Source: Octopus vulgaris
Taxonomy: Eukaryota
Assembly (NCBI GenBank): GCA_951406725.2
Contig: OX597821.1
Coordinates: 2,418,001 to 2,482,000, forward strand
Direction: 5' to 3'
Length of the DNA stretch: 64,000 nt
Of the stretch, positions 23,644 to 37,847 are shown piece by piece. Numbering within the stretch: the first letter of the stretch is position 1; every line of letters begins with the position of its first letter. Below the pieces are notes generated by a model. The model saw only the letters and a list, made by a program, of their open reading frames with translations, did no database searches and was not told where the DNA came from. A program made the translations under genes and the position numbers.

Positions 23644-25728
23644 GCGCCTACTTTAAATATATATAATGAAGCTTATTCAAAATTACGATTTCCTTTCTTA
23701 ATTTTTGCAGCTGCTGTCGGCAACAATACGTTTATAGTAATTAAATAACATCTTATTGCGCATAATGAAAAATAATTTGAAGAAAAAAAATAATGAATAT
23801 AGTTTTAATAGATATAAACTTCTGATGAGAAACGTTGTGAGGCACGATGTAATCTCTCAAACTATACATATTCAGGTATGCACATATCTGCACATCAAAT
23901 TACTACAGCCTTCAATTTAGATTTCACACAGAGATGCATATATGCGCAGACATATACATGTATATATATATATATATATGTTTGTGTGTTTGTGAGCTTA
24001 TGTGCGTGTGTAGTGATGTGATGCGGTAGAATTAGAAGTTAGTCCTGAGATTATACGATTTAGGTTCGCATCCATTGTGTAGGGCAACAGTTTTACTTTA
24101 AATTTGGGTGAAAGTATCTCTAGTGACTAAAATTTGATGAACAAAATCTGCAGAAGCAGGTGCTATACATGAAACCTCGCGCATAAGGACCCACAAACGT
24201 TCTCGCAAAGCACACACTTACATATACATCTACGTTTGATGATAGCTTGCATGTTAATTTCGACGAGGTCCGGAGGAAATGCGTGTCTATAACAATATGT
24301 TTTCCCTAAGTTTTCAGAAGACACCCACACGTTGTCTCTCAAAATTTTCTTCTAGTGGCAAGAGAAAATAAAGACAATTCAGCTTGTCTGAGAATGCCGA
24401 CGAATACTAAATTGCCTGAAGACAACTTCATCATAGGAGTACCCAGTCTGTTCAGTCCCTAATCCTTTTAGATGTGTAAACGACTCCAGATTCTGAAAAC
24501 ATTAAGTGCCTCTCCAAGTCTACTTCAATCTTCCAGAGGCTATATATATACATACATATATACGATGGGCTTCTTTCAGTTTCTGTCTACCAAATCCACT
24601 CAGAAGGCATGTGGTTCATTAGCAAGGTACTTACCACACAGTCATCCCTACGCCTATATAAATATAAAATACTTTTCCAGGTCTTCGCTGGTTTCTTACT
24701 GATTAATTGTGTCTATATGACCTTGTTACTGATCCTAACTTTCTTCACCCAAATCGGATACAACGTTTGGAATACTTTCTTCCTGTCATGAAATGTCGTT
24801 GGAAGAGTTTTCAAGAAGCAGCTCAACAGTTACCAAGAAGTAATGCTGAAGATATCTGTTTTTTAAGATCAATAAATAGAGAAACCACCCTTAGTAGATT
24901 GATGCTTTACGATTTCGCCTTCTTTAGGAAATAAACTAACACTGATTCAATGATCAGGTAATTACTTTCTCCCAACAACTTGTTTCCTCATCGTCGAACG
25001 ACAGAGAACCATCCACCCAGTTTGTGACTATTGCACCATGGCTAATAGATTGTATTTTCGGTAGATGTTTATGAAATGGGTGTCACCGTCGTCGTCATTG
25101 TTCTTACAAGAAAACCTGCATTTATTGTCACATATAATCTATTTTTCACAAAGTAAGGCGTCGAGGTGGCAGAATCGCTGCCACGAAAGGCAAAATGCTG
25201 AGTGGAATTCCGACCGACTTCACGTTCTGAGGTAAAATTCCACCGAGGTCACCTTTGACTTTCATTCTTTCTGGGTCGATAAAATACGGACCAATTGTGT
25301 ACTGGAGTCAATGTAAACGTCTTGCAGCTCCTTTAAAATTGCTGGCCGTGTGCCAAATATGAAAATAATAATTCTTCCTAAAATGAAAAATGCTGGATGT
25401 TGTTCTAAGATAGACTGCTGCGCTCAAGTATATTATCCTTTGAGTTCTCCGTTCTCCTGATGACATAGCCTCGTATGAATTCTATAGATAAACGCAAAAT
25501 CTCTGTTATAGTCTTTGCGATACGGCCGAACAAATTCTCTGTAAATATATCCCTGATCATCACTTACAAAATACGACGCTGGCACATTTGATAAGTGGAG
25601 GCATTCAATGAGTATCAGTAGAATGATAGTATATAAGTATGTATATATTTATTTCCATATGTATATCTATGTATGTATCTCTCTCTTCCCCACCCCTCTC
25701 TCTCTCTCTCACTCACTCTCTCTCTCTC

Positions 25729-25764
<36 letters not shown>

Positions 25765-26602
25765 CAAAACATTGATGAGAACGACTCACATAGAACCTGT
25801 TCTGTCGAGAGATCGCGTATGGAACTACGAAGATACGACGCAAATTTGTTACATACATAAACATGTCTGTATTGATAGATAAAAGTATCAGAGAAATTAC
25901 TTGTATCTATGTATAGGTGACTAATAACCTTGAGGGAAGTGCCCCTGTTTGGCCGGTGTTCATTGCCTGGGACGAATAAAAGAGAGAAAGAAAACGAAAA
26001 CAATATAGTAAGTAAACTACTTCCAGATTTCAACACTACTTTATATATCTTAATTAGATCAAATATTCGATCTCCATGAATCGATTTGAATTGAGCACTG
26101 GAAGTTAAATATATCTACTATACTCCTTGAAAGTTCTATGTCTTGGCAATGGATTGAGGGCAGCTCCGTTGATACTTACTGCTTGCTCTACGATGCTTCG
26201 AAGCATCTAATTGATTATAATGAAGTTTAACACATCTAATTATCTACGTTGCCGTTGACAACCTGGCCGATTAACCTTCTGAGATATTGGCAGCCATGTT
26301 TTTGCCGGTTTTCAATGATAATAGATTTACGAAATACGATATTACTTCTCAGCATGTAATACTCAATTAAGAAACCTTAATGTTAAAACTGTCAATTATA
26401 TAGCTTCTACCTGGTGAAATATTTCAGACAGTAATAGGGAAGAAGAGATGCCGACAGAAGGGTGGAGAGTTAGAGAAGTGGAAGTAAAGAGAAGAAACGT
26501 ACACTCACACACATGTATATCATCTTATATACATATATATATGCAGTGTGCGTATGTCTATTTGTATTTGTGTGTGCATATACGTACGTATAGGTATAGA
26601 TG

Positions 26603-26639
<37 letters not shown>

Positions 26640-27455
26640 GCAATTATTTGTGTGCATGTCTATATGCATATATGCACGTATGTATGTATTTATATGAATA
26701 TATACGTATATGTATGCAGAGCGAGAGCGAGAGAGAGAGAGAGAGTGAGAGAGAGAGAGAGAGAGACAGAGACACATATATGAATGTATGTGTGTTTATA
26801 TAAATTAAAGGGATACACATACAGACAAACAGACAGGCAGAGAGGCAGACAAGCAGACAAGCAGACAGGCAGTGAGGCATACAGGAGGGAAAGAGAGACA
26901 GGGTGGTAATATTTCTTTCGCTCTCGTTAATGAAAAAAGGAAATTACGGAAGATAATTGCAAGCATTCTATCATTTCTTTATTGGTTAGACAGGAGGTAG
27001 TTGTAGAGGTCGAGATCTTTCTAGATTCTTCTAAGCTGGTGAGTGTGCGATGGTATTAGTCCATAGTTTTACTCTCTTTTCCTGGAAGCTCGAACGAAAA
27101 TACGCTGGATAAATATGGAAAGCATTCCCCAAAAAATGTCGAACGAATGCTGTTGCATTGACAGTGTCTACTTTGTAAATGGCATACTGTAAGTGATGAC
27201 AGAATGAGAATCGGGTTTGTCAAGTAGACTACGAGGAAGGGCTATTTTGCTTTCAAATCTGAAGCTATGTTGTTCGAGTAGCGTCGTGTTGTATGGCTGC
27301 TGTGTGGCTAAGAAGCTCGCTTTACAACCATATGGTTTGGGGTTCAGTTCTGCTGCGCAGTTCCTAAGGCAAATGATTTCTACTATAGCCCCGAGCGAAC
27401 AAATGCCTTATGAGAAAATTTGGTTAACAGAAACTCTGTGGAATTGTGGAATTAA

Positions 27456-27690
27456 GGCGGTGAGCTGGCAGAAACGTTAGCACGTCGGGCGAAATGATTA
27501 GCGGTATTTCGTCTGCCGCTACGTTCTGAGTTCAAATTCCGTTGAGGTCGACTTTCCCTTTAATCCTTTCGGGGTCGATAAATTAACTACCAGTTACGCA
27601 CTGGGATCGATGTAATCGACTTAATCCGTTTGTCTGTCCTTGTTTGTCCCCTCTGTGTTTAGCCCCTTGTGGGTAGTAAAGAAATAAGAA
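27456..27690 (+). mobile_element. SINE family B (well preserved)
   Basis: GGCGGTGAGCTGGCAGAAACGTTAGCACGTCGGGCG...GTTCTGAGTTCAAATTCC...GGGTAGTAAAGAAATA. Further copies near 17990, 19505, 22000, 25157, 28000, 35510, 44375, 54790 and 62455. Confidence 0.85.
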
Positions 27691-28383
27691 ACTCTGGAAT
27701 TGAAGGTCGTTTCTGAGAATATAATGAGATTCTCTAAGGAGATGCGGATGGAGTTTTGCGAAGACTAAACATTTACAAATTTCTTCCATGTGGAAGAATG
27801 GTTTCAAAGAAAAGACGAAACTCTAAGATGATAGATTTTGCAACATGGTACAGGAAATATAATTCAAAAATCATTGTACAGTTATTCATACTAATATTTG
27901 TCCTTCCGGATTAGATGTGACAAAAGATCAGAGACAGACGGAAAGTTCAGATATTGAGGGATGAAACTATAAATACTTACATTTGCTGCAATACCGGTCT
28001 AAAATTTTGGGACAAATCCAGCAATGTCGGTGAAGTGGTGGCGGTGGTGGTGGGGCAAGTCGATTTCAAGGAACCCAATGCTCAACTGGTAATTATTTTA
28101 TTAACGCCAAAATGATCAGAGGAAAATGTACTCCGGCGGCACTTAAACCCAGAATGCAGAGACGGACGAAATGCCGCTAAGGATTTTGTCCGGTGTGCTT
28201 AACCATTCTGCCGGCTCGTCCCCTTTGGATTCGATGTAATGTTGACTGAATTTACGTAACATGAGTTGAAACAGAAATATATCATCAAACCAAACAGATT
28301 TTTGTTTGGTAACTTTCTTACTTCATTTCCCTTTATCAACATCTATCACCAATCAAATGCCAAACTGCACAATTGGAATAATT

Positions 28384-28476
<93 letters not shown>

Positions 28477-29667
28477 AGGAAAATCGTGTCCAGAAAATTT
28501 GCCGGAAGTCATGAAGCCAAATAATAAAATATCGCCGTAGAACGGATTCTCTCTATAGAGAATTATATGAGCATTTAAAAAAAAAAACAGAAAAGGATGA
28601 TAAAATCTTTTCTAAAACATTAAAAGTGTAAGTCTTCATCCAAAGTCAAACACCAAAAAACGTGATGAGGTCATTTAAGGTGAAATTTCGTACGTCGAAT
28701 TTCTGCGTCGAATTTTCTATAACCGAGATGAATACCACAGCAGTTGAGAAGAGATGCCAGAAAAGATATTCCCGGATACAAACTCAATGAAACTGGGAAG
28801 ACCTTTCTCAACAAAACTCATTGCAATGACTTTATGGTTGTTGGCTGCATGTCAAAGAAAATTATATTAGCTCTCACTGTAAAGGGTATACATTTGCAAT
28901 CGCAGGCTAGGAAGTGACGACGACGATGGGGATGGTAGTAGTGGTGATGGAGGTGGTGATAATAATAATATACCACATGCATAAAACCAATAATTATGCA
29001 GTTAAATCATTTATAGGTGTTACTCGCATCCTCTGTGCAATTAACACCGAATATGCAACCCACGCTAAAATTAGCCGTGTGAAAATTTTATCAGGAAATG
29101 ATCAGCCTATAAAGCCCAAACCCTACAGAGTGTGATTTCTTAGAATGAATACTATTGATGATCAAAATATAAGAAATTATAGTGTTATAGAAATTAAACG
29201 TGCTATGAATATAATCAACAGAAAATCATTTACATAGGAGCCTTTAAAATTTGAGTGAATATAATGAGGAATTACTGGTGAAATGTTGAGTGATATGCAC
29301 ATAGTATACACGCACATAAACTTTAGATTTATACAAATGGCGTTTGGTTACGGAATTAAATATATCATTGCTAATAGTGGAGAGAGAACGTTCAACTAAG
29401 CAGAAAGTACACATTTATCTAAAAAATAAGAATTTCGCTGTAAACGTTACGTAGAATGTTTATGTAGTTTTGCTCTCGTAGATACAAATACACGGGTATT
29501 GATATACAAAACATATGCATATACAAAACAGGCCTGTGAAATTCACTCAAAGGATATAAATATTGCCAAATATACAGGAAACACAAGACTCCTTTTTGCA
29601 TCTCCTAACTGTCTGGATGTTTTGTGTTCTTCTCCCATTTTTTGTGTGTGTATATATATATATATAG

Positions 29668-29824
29668 TAGAAATATTAAAATTACTAAGTCTCTCCAAAG
29701 GAGATTGCGGCAGCGTTACTGGATATTAATCGTTATCGCCATACTAATATGGCAGTCCATAAAGCGACAGCTTTAATCTTATATTTATGGACTGCCATAT
29801 TAGTATGGCGATAACTATTAATAT
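29668..29824. mobile_element. Shorter copy of the 33241 inverted element family
   Basis: Same leader TAGAAATATTAAAATTACTAAGTCTCTC...GGCAGCGTTACTGG. Arms at 29723-29763 and 29784-29824, flanked by TA repeats. Confidence 0.75.
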
Positions 29825-29869
29825 ATATGCAATAGGCGCTGGAGTGGTTGTTTGGTAAGTAGCTTGCAT

Positions 29870-31700
29870 ACTTCCTATGAGTCTTTGTTGTCAGTGAATG
29901 AATGCGTCATTGTGTTGTGCACTGAAGAAGATAGCCGGCGGTGTTTAGCCGGTGAAAAGTAGCTGTTGCAAAGTAAGACTTTAGTCTCTTGGGTCCGGTG
30001 GGGGGTTGTTGTCTGTGGTAATATGTTTTACAAACAAGGAGTCCTCACTGGATTCAGAACTTTAGTCTGCTTGCAGTTCAGCAATATTATACCCGTGAAG
30101 TGAAATTTTTTTCTCATTGTGAGAAGTATAGTTTGGAGGCGTATCCTGCCGCCAAAAGTTGTTCACTTTTTGTGAATAGTGTGTGTTTTTACAAGAACGT
30201 TTACCAATAATTGGAAAGCTGTATTGCAAGCAAGCATTCTATGTTCTAATCAGAATACCAAAGGGATTTGAGTACATGAATACCCAGAATAATTTTTGTT
30301 GTGTTTTGTTGAATTGTTGTTTTCTTCTCCTATTCTTTAATTGTGACTCTCTTTATTGAAGTGTTTGCTTTTCTTCTTCCCTTTTGTTTCCTTTTGATTT
30401 CTCTCTTGTCGTTTTGAAATTGTTTTGGACTATTGTTTTGGACTTTTTAATTCAAAGCACGGCAAAAAAATACGGATAAGATTGTAGAGTGGAAGATTGT
30501 CCCACCTAAGGAGTGGCTGAGACAGCAAGAGGAGAGAAAGGTGGTGTTGAGAACGTATGCGAAGATTCTCGACACCATTGCCGTCTTCTCCAGGCTGTTG
30601 ATTGAACAGGAGTTGGCGGAATATCTGCCAACCATTAACTATATCTCTAGGGGTGTCAAACATGCAACGGTGTGGTTGACATTTGTCACCCCAGAGGAAG
30701 GTCGTAGTTTTGCGAGCCAGCCTTTTGAGGGGAGAGAAGTTTTGTTTCTTCACACTTATTGTGGGAAAAAGTTAACGAGGCCTTCAGTCTGTGGTTTCTC
30801 ACCTGGAATTGAATCCGAGTGTATAGAGGATACTATCTGTCGAGGTCTGTGTGGAAGCCGAGCAAAGTTCCTAAATGTGAAAATTCTTCTTGTGGCTGAT
30901 TGGGTTGGGTCAAAAGCTGTTTTGACCCTGTGTACCCAATCAGCCATGAATCTGGTTATGCCAGATTTTTGGAAAATGGCCGGGTGCAGGTACCCGGTGA
31001 TTCTCAAGCGTGTGCCCCCCCCCCCCCCCCCGGTGTGATCGGTACCTGGAGTCTGGCCTTATAAAGAAAAACTGTCCTCAGGAACAAAGCAAAGTCCTGG
31101 AGCAGTTAATCGAGACCTCTGTAGAAGAAGGGATGAAGGCGGCCGAGGTGGTGCAGGACTCCTCGAAGAAGAGTCGCAAGAGAAGAAGGTGAGCAACAAT
31201 GGGTGCTCACCGAAGGATCCTAGGGATGCGGGAGGGGAGGCGAATCTCCCGGTTACGGAGGAGACGCACCCTCCCTCAGTAGAGAAAAAAAGATGGAGCG
31301 GAAGAGAAACGAGACATTGCCAGCAGTCGGTGACATAGCACCGGGATTTCACGGAACCATGTCGGTAGGAGTTGTGCCACCGGCAGTGGAAGAAACACCG
31401 GTGGTGGGAATTGTGCCGCCAACGGTAGAATTGACTACCTCGACCCAGGAGGAAGACCAATTTTTGGTCTTCTTTTACAGAGGCGTAAAAATAGAAAAGG
31501 TGGTGGAAAAGCACCATAAGGGATCCCCAGTGGCCTCCGCAGATAGCTGTGGAGGTCATAACGTTGCCCGTGATGCATAAGCTGGAGGTACTCAATGAAG
31601 ATTATCACTTGAGATCGGGCGACGCCGACTCGGAACCCGACTTTGTCTTGAATGAAGCGTGGGTGGTGGTGCAGTATACATGGACAAGCAATATTGGGGA
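29870..31700 (+). pseudogene. Degenerate non-LTR retrotransposon 5' region / ORF1-like gag with decayed CCHC knuckle
   Basis: GC-richer island. ORF 30541-31038 frameshifts at a poly-C run into PPRCDRYLESGLIKKNCP (decayed CX2CX4HX4C), followed by a basic/acidic low-complexity tail. Boundaries are approximate. Confidence 0.55.
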
Positions 31701-32009
31701 GGAATAGTGACAAGAGGTTGAAAAGCCTCAGTGTTATAATATTTATTGTGTGTAAGAGGCATAGCGCCCCAATTTTTAAATGGACAATTAAGTCCAATAA
31801 TATTAAGAACTAAAGTAAGAGGTTCAATACCGCGTTTTTTTTCTTTGTAAAAAAAAAGAGAGAATAACGTTTAAGACAAGCAAAAAATCATCGGGCGTTT
31901 CTTGTCTTCTATTAATATCATCCTTTCTTCATCGTTCATCTCACCAATGTTTTTGCCCAGCCCGCAACCTATTCTGTGTAATGCCTTTATGGCAAAATGT
32001 TTGAAATAA

Positions 32010-32144
32010 AATAGCTTGCTTACGAACCAAATGGTTACGGGTTCAGTCCAACCGCGTAGGACCTTCAGAAGGTGTCTTCTACTATAGCCTCGGGCCGAAC
32101 AAAGTCTTGAGAGTTGATTTGCTTAAACTGAAAGAAGCCCGTCG

Positions 32145-32177
<33 letters not shown>

Positions 32178-32390
32178 ATATATGGTTGTATCTGTGTTTG
32201 CCCCCCCCTCCAAACATCGTTTGACAAGCGATGCTGTTGTTTACGTCCCCGTAACCTAGCAGTTCGGAAAAAGAGACCGCTAGAATAAGTACTAGGCTTA
32301 CAAAAGTATAAGTTCTGAGGTCGAATTGCTCGATTGAAGGTGGCGCTCCAGAATGGCCGCAGTCAAATGATTGAAACAAGTGTAAGAATT
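32010..32390 (+). mobile_element. SINE family A
   Basis: TAGCTTGCTTACGAACC...GGCCGCAGTCAAATGATTGAAACAAG. Confidence 0.8.
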
Positions 32391-32452
32391 AAAGAATATA
32401 ACTAAAACTGCCAGAAAAGTTTGGCCCAAAGATCTGGTGCATATATACACGC

Positions 32453-32512
<60 letters not shown>

Positions 32513-33051
32513 AGAGAGTTCACCAAAAAAAAACGAAGACGGGTGGTGTACAAAACAAACAGATGCATTAGCATAACGCTCAGGAAAATTGGTTGGTAAA
32601 ATTAGTATAAAAATTTGTTTGTGTTGGGCATTCTGTAATAAAGGAAAATGGCGAAATATCAGGAGTGCGGCTGCGTAGAAAATATTTGCTTAGAATCTGG
32701 CTAAATTTCAAGATAACGTTCGATTCTTTTCCCTACTGCATAGATGCTAGAGGCTCTTCGATTTGCATAGATTACAGACACTATAATCAAAACTAGAAAC
32801 ATCGGATTCATCCTGGGTCACTACTTGAACATAAATACGCAAAACACAAACACACATTCGCACATACGTACACACATCCATACACACATGCATACACATA
32901 CACACCTACACACAGAAACGATCATGCAAGGACACACTGACGAAACATATATGTACATGGATACGTTAGTATGTCTGTGAGAAAGTTTATTTATCTTTCT
33001 TAAGTACGAATATATATATATGTGTGTATGTATGATATACATACGTATATT

Positions 33052-33201
33052 GGCTGAGTGGTAAGTAGCTTGCTTACGAACCGCATGTTTCCTTGTTCAG
33101 TCTCACTGCGTGGCACCTTGGGCGAGTGTCTTCTACTATAGCCTAGGGCCAGCTAAAGCCTTGTGAGTGGATTTGGTAAACGGAAGCTAAAAGAAACCCG
33201 T

Positions 33202-33242
<41 letters not shown>

Positions 33243-33670
33243 GAAATATTAAAATTACTAAGTCTCTCTAAAGGAGATTACGGCAGCGTTACTGGATATT
33301 AATAGTTATCGCCATACTAAAATGGCAGTCTATAAATATAATACACATCTGTCGCTGATTAGCTCCAAGAGGCCACCGCCTCTAGCTAGCTATATGACAC
33401 ACGAACATGTGTCCATTACAACCTTCGAACAGGGGAGGTCAGCCGCTTCACCTTGCTAGTCAGACATCTGCAGACATGTTGCAGGGTTGTTGCCCTTTAT
33501 CAATGCAGCGTAGTCAAACACGCAGGTGTCGCTACTGACCGTCTGTTCGAAGGTTGTAATGGACGCAGGTTCATGTGTCATATAGCTAGCTAGCGGCGGT
33601 GGCCTCTTGGAGCTAATCAGCGACAGCTTTAGTCTTATATTTATAGACTGCCATATTAGTATGGCGATAA

Positions 33671-33728
<58 letters not shown>

Positions 33729-33910
33729 TTGTGTGTGTTTGTATATGTTTGTGTGTCTGTGTTTGTCCCCCCAACATTGCTTGACAACCAATGCTGGTGT
33801 GTTTAGGTACTAGGCTTACAAAGAATAAGTCCTTGGATCGATTTGCTCAACTAAAAAGGCTGTGTTCCAGCATGGACACAATCAAACGACTGAAACAAGT
33901 AATAGAGTAA
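33052..33910 (+). mobile_element. SINE family A interrupted by the 33241-33672 element
   Basis: 5' half at 33052-33205 and 3' half at 33740-33910. Confidence 0.8.
33241..33672. mobile_element. Asymmetric inverted-duplicate element inserted in the internal (TA)n of a SINE
   Basis: Arms at ~33306-33432 and 33543-33670, with a ~65-bp unpaired leader. It splits the SINE at 33052-33910. Same family as 29668-29824. Confidence 0.75.
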
Positions 33911-34754
33911 AGAGAATTCATATACGCACATATATACGTTAGTATATCTGTGAGAAATTTTATCTTTATTAAGTATGAACATATATGTGTGTATGCATGA
34001 TATATATATATATATATATATACGTATATGTATGAATAAGTGTGTATATGCGTATGAATATACGTAGTAATATGCGCATGAATATATATACACTCACATA
34101 AATCTAATTCGTAGATACTTCCAACAAACTACAGAGGTAAGGTAAGTATCAATGTATCTCAAAATAATAATACAACGGATGCATGAATGTTTCAAGTTGT
34201 TTATAAATTCCAAAGAATATTCTTAAAAATATAAATCATAAATTACAGAGCAAATATATATTTAATAAAATGCATGAAAGCAAACAGGAAAAATTAGAGA
34301 ATGTGAATAAAACATTACGTTGTCATTAAAAAGTGGCATAAAGTCATTCTTATACACGTATCTAATGTATCTTCATAGAATTTGAATATGTATAGTTCAT
34401 TACATCAAAGCTGCAACTTGGGAAAGAAAATTGAAGAGAGGAGAGATTACAAAAGAAAACTGTAATTTCGAGTATGTACGTTGCCTTTGTATTATTTCGG
34501 GAAATTTGTTTATAGAAATTCTCAAGACAGTGTAATCATCACTTAAATCTTTCACAAGCATCCGACACGAAAATTTCCAACTCCCTTTCATTATTTCACC
34601 TAGCATATTTATTTAGTATATTACATAAATACTTATTCACATGAATACAAAGACATATGCATGTATGTGTGTGCATGTAAGAATGTGTGAATGTTATATA
34701 TGCATATATATGTGTGTGTGAGCGCGCACACACGCGTATATATATACACACACA

Positions 34755-34865
<111 letters not shown>

Positions 34866-34873
34866 GCATGTGG

Positions 34874-35135
34874 AGTCGCAATGGCCTAGTGGTTAAGGCA
34901 GCGGACTCACGGTCGTAGGATCGCGGTTTCGATATCTAGACCGGGTGTGCTGAGTGTTTATCGAGCGAAAACACCTAAAACTCCTAGAGGTGGTGACGAT
35001 CCCTGCTGTACTCTTTCGCCACAACTCTCTTTCTTCTGTAGGCCTGCTCGCGAAGGCTAAAACAATACGATGCGCATTGTGACCTGCGATGTGTAGCAAC
35101 ATCTGATGGCCTGGTCGATCACGTGATCCCGTGAA
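34874..35135 (+). mobile_element. tRNA-derived SINE, family C
   Basis: GCAATGGCCTAGTGGTTAAGGCAGCGGACTC...GGTTTCGAT head and a GATCACGTGATC end. A reverse copy lies at 57652-57925. Confidence 0.75.
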
Positions 35136-36705
35136 TATTCTGCTATAATATATATATATATACGTATGAGTGTATATATATGTATTACACTGGGTATCAT
35201 TACTTCATATTTATCCATAGAAATACTTTTGTCTTTCGTAATTTCTCTCTGCTCCTTACACCATCATCCACCACCTCCCACACACACACGCACACACGCA
35301 AGCACACACACACACACGGTTCATATGTTTTAGTGATGTTATTCCCTTTCTTTCCACACTCCCACAACATACGCACATTGAGACATACGCACATATGCCT
35401 GCATATATCACACCATATATTTCATTCAAATATGTAGATGAAATCAGAGCTATGGCGGCTAAGCTAAATGTGAGATGAACGTATCTGCCTAATATTTCAC
35501 CCCTAAAGGGGGCGAGTTGGCAGAAACGTTAGCACGCCGGGCGAAAAGCGTAGCCGTATTTCGTCTGACGTTACGTTCTGAGTTCATATTCCGCCGAGGT
35601 CGACTTGCCTTTCATCCTTTCGACTTAATCCGTTTGTCTGTCCCCTCTGTGTTTAGCCCCTTGTGGGTAGTAAAGAAAAAAAATATTTCACCCCTACAAA
35701 TGGTATGATATGCCTACTATACCATACCATATATTTTCTTACAAATATTATTTATGATCTCTACTAATTCACTTTATACACCATAAATCTTTGGCCTCGA
35801 CCAAGTAAAATTTGTCCTAGCCTAAGAATTTATATATTTTTAGTCAATTACGTTTTCATTGTATACAAACAAAGAGTCTAAATGACTGAATCCCGTATAC
35901 TAAATTTTTTATTTGTTATCGTCGCGGAACATAGGCGCTTGATATTTAAAGATTGAAATTAGACAGACGATTCTTGATACAATAACATATTTGTTATTTT
36001 GTTTAATATCTTCCCATTATCTCTATATTTGCAATTCCTTTATTTACTAATTTTGCAATTTAATCTAATTTTGCAATTAAACTGATTTTGTAATTTAAAC
36101 ATATAATGGACACTGGCGCTATACTGATATTTCTTCTTTCTTAAAATGAACTCGCGTATATATCAAATACAAACAGTTATTTCAATTATGATTCAGTATG
36201 GAAAGAATATTTTTATACGAATTCATGTCCTTGCTGAGTCAAGATAATACTCCATAAGTGACCAGAGGAAAGGGACATATATTTCTCTAACTTGCCGGCC
36301 GCGCCAGAGTGATGATACTAATATACAAAGGGAACATATGCAGTGAAATATTTCCAAGATAAACGGGAAGTGGCGCGGGAACCAAGTGCCTCAACTTAAT
36401 GATTGGATTCTCATGATGGCGTCTACCGATAAGCACAAAATCTCCCAGTTGTGGTCTGTTGCCACAGGACGTACATATTCCCTGTTAGTAGACTTAATTT
36501 CCATTACGTCTAGTGAATGCTTTGACCTAGAGAACATGCTTCGTGAAGCCGGGATCACATCCGAATAAATTGCACTTAAATGAACGATTTTAAATTTTTA
36601 CAGGCACAAAAGTAATGGAATTAAAATGGATGTCACATCTGAATAGCTGACCCGGAACGAACTTTATACGTTGTTCACTTATTTGGCTGCGGCCATGCTG
36701 GAGCA

Positions 36706-36757
<52 letters not shown>

Positions 36758-36774
36758 TATATATATATGAATAT

Positions 36775-37138
36775 ATTTATATTATATTGAGGTTACTACT
36801 ATTCGTAGATACCAACACGCTAAGAGGGACCAATGCGGTCACTGACGAACATGAAATGCATATTCTGCATTAAATGCGAAATCACATGTGATATGTAACT
36901 GAATTCTTTTTAAAATGATGTGTTTTGAAGTTTTGCATTCGGTAAAATTTTGTTTATTTTTAGTAGTTTTGACCGCATTGGTCCCTCTTAGCGTGTTGGT
37001 ATCTACGAATAGTAGTACCCTCAATATAATATAAATGAATATTTTCAAAGAGGAAGAATTTACGGATTTTTTCTCTTACGAGGTTTTTCACGCTGACTAC
37101 TGATAATTTCTTTTAAAGATTTTATCCTCAATTGTTAA
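36775..37138 (+). mobile_element. Short HHR-bearing element with asymmetric inverted duplication, in (TA)n
   Basis: 67-bp arms at 36775-36841 and 36970-37036, with a ~100-bp unpaired tail on the right. The HHR core starts right at the inversion junction. Confidence 0.75.
36842..36899 (+). ncRNA. Hammerhead motif (5' strand of stem I replaced by the inversion)
   Basis: CTGACGA-ACATGAAATGCATATTCTGCATTAAATGC-GAAA-TCACATGTGA-TA-TG, with a 10-nt palindromic stem III. Confidence 0.7.
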
Positions 37139-37140
37139 TA

Positions 37141-37234
<94 letters not shown>

Positions 37235-37326
37235 TATAAATATAAATATGTATATATGTATCTATCTATCTATATAACTATCTATCTATCTATCTATCTA
37301 TCTATATATATATATATATATATATA

Positions 37327-37785
37327 CGGGAAGCTTTATGAAAATAGACAAAAGACGAAGGCAGGTTTACGGAAATAAACAAAAGACGAAGGCAGGTGGA
37401 ATACAAACAAACAATTGTATTAGTATGGCGCTCAGGAAATATAAATAAAACAAGTATTTAACGTTTCGAGCCTATGCTCTTCAACAGAAAGATACACAGA
37501 GAAAAAACACAGAAAGAAGGAGAGAAAATAATGCGCGCAGAAGCTAGCGAATCAACATGGCGATCTGATTTCGGCCAGAAGTCAAAGATCAAATGTGAGA
37601 CGCTAGAGCGAAATTAGGGGAGATAATAGGGTTAAATGACCTCGCTCCAACATAAATAACGGTATCTTAGTATACCACCATCCTAGATATAGCACCTAAT
37701 AATTTTAATAATAATGATTAAATATGAGGTTTTCATTCCCAAGCTAGCCACCTGATAGAATCGGTATTTTAAATAACGATCATAT

Positions 37786-37788
<3 letters not shown>
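37327..37788 (-). mobile_element. Copy of the CTGTTGA-HHR element family, within (TA)n
   Basis: 37455-37492 on the minus strand reads TCTTTCTGTTGAAGAGCATAGGCTCGAAACGTTAAATA. It is followed by ...GAGCG...CTAATACA...CCACCTG.CTTCGTCTTTTG, as in 623-830. Confidence 0.65.

Positions 37789-37846
<58 letters not shown>

Positions 37847-37847
<1 letters not shown>

Noticed and set aside
24690-25140. Possible decayed mariner fragment
   Set aside because: Only faint motif similarity; it could not be supported by eye.
29915-29970. CTGAAGA...CCGGC/GCCGG...GAAA near the 5' end of the LINE-like element
   Set aside because: There are six extra bases between the core and stem II, and no convincing stem III.
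34874-34950. tRNA-like sequence
   Set aside because: It is a SINE head continuing into SINE body, with no complete cloverleaf. The same holds for 56650-56724.
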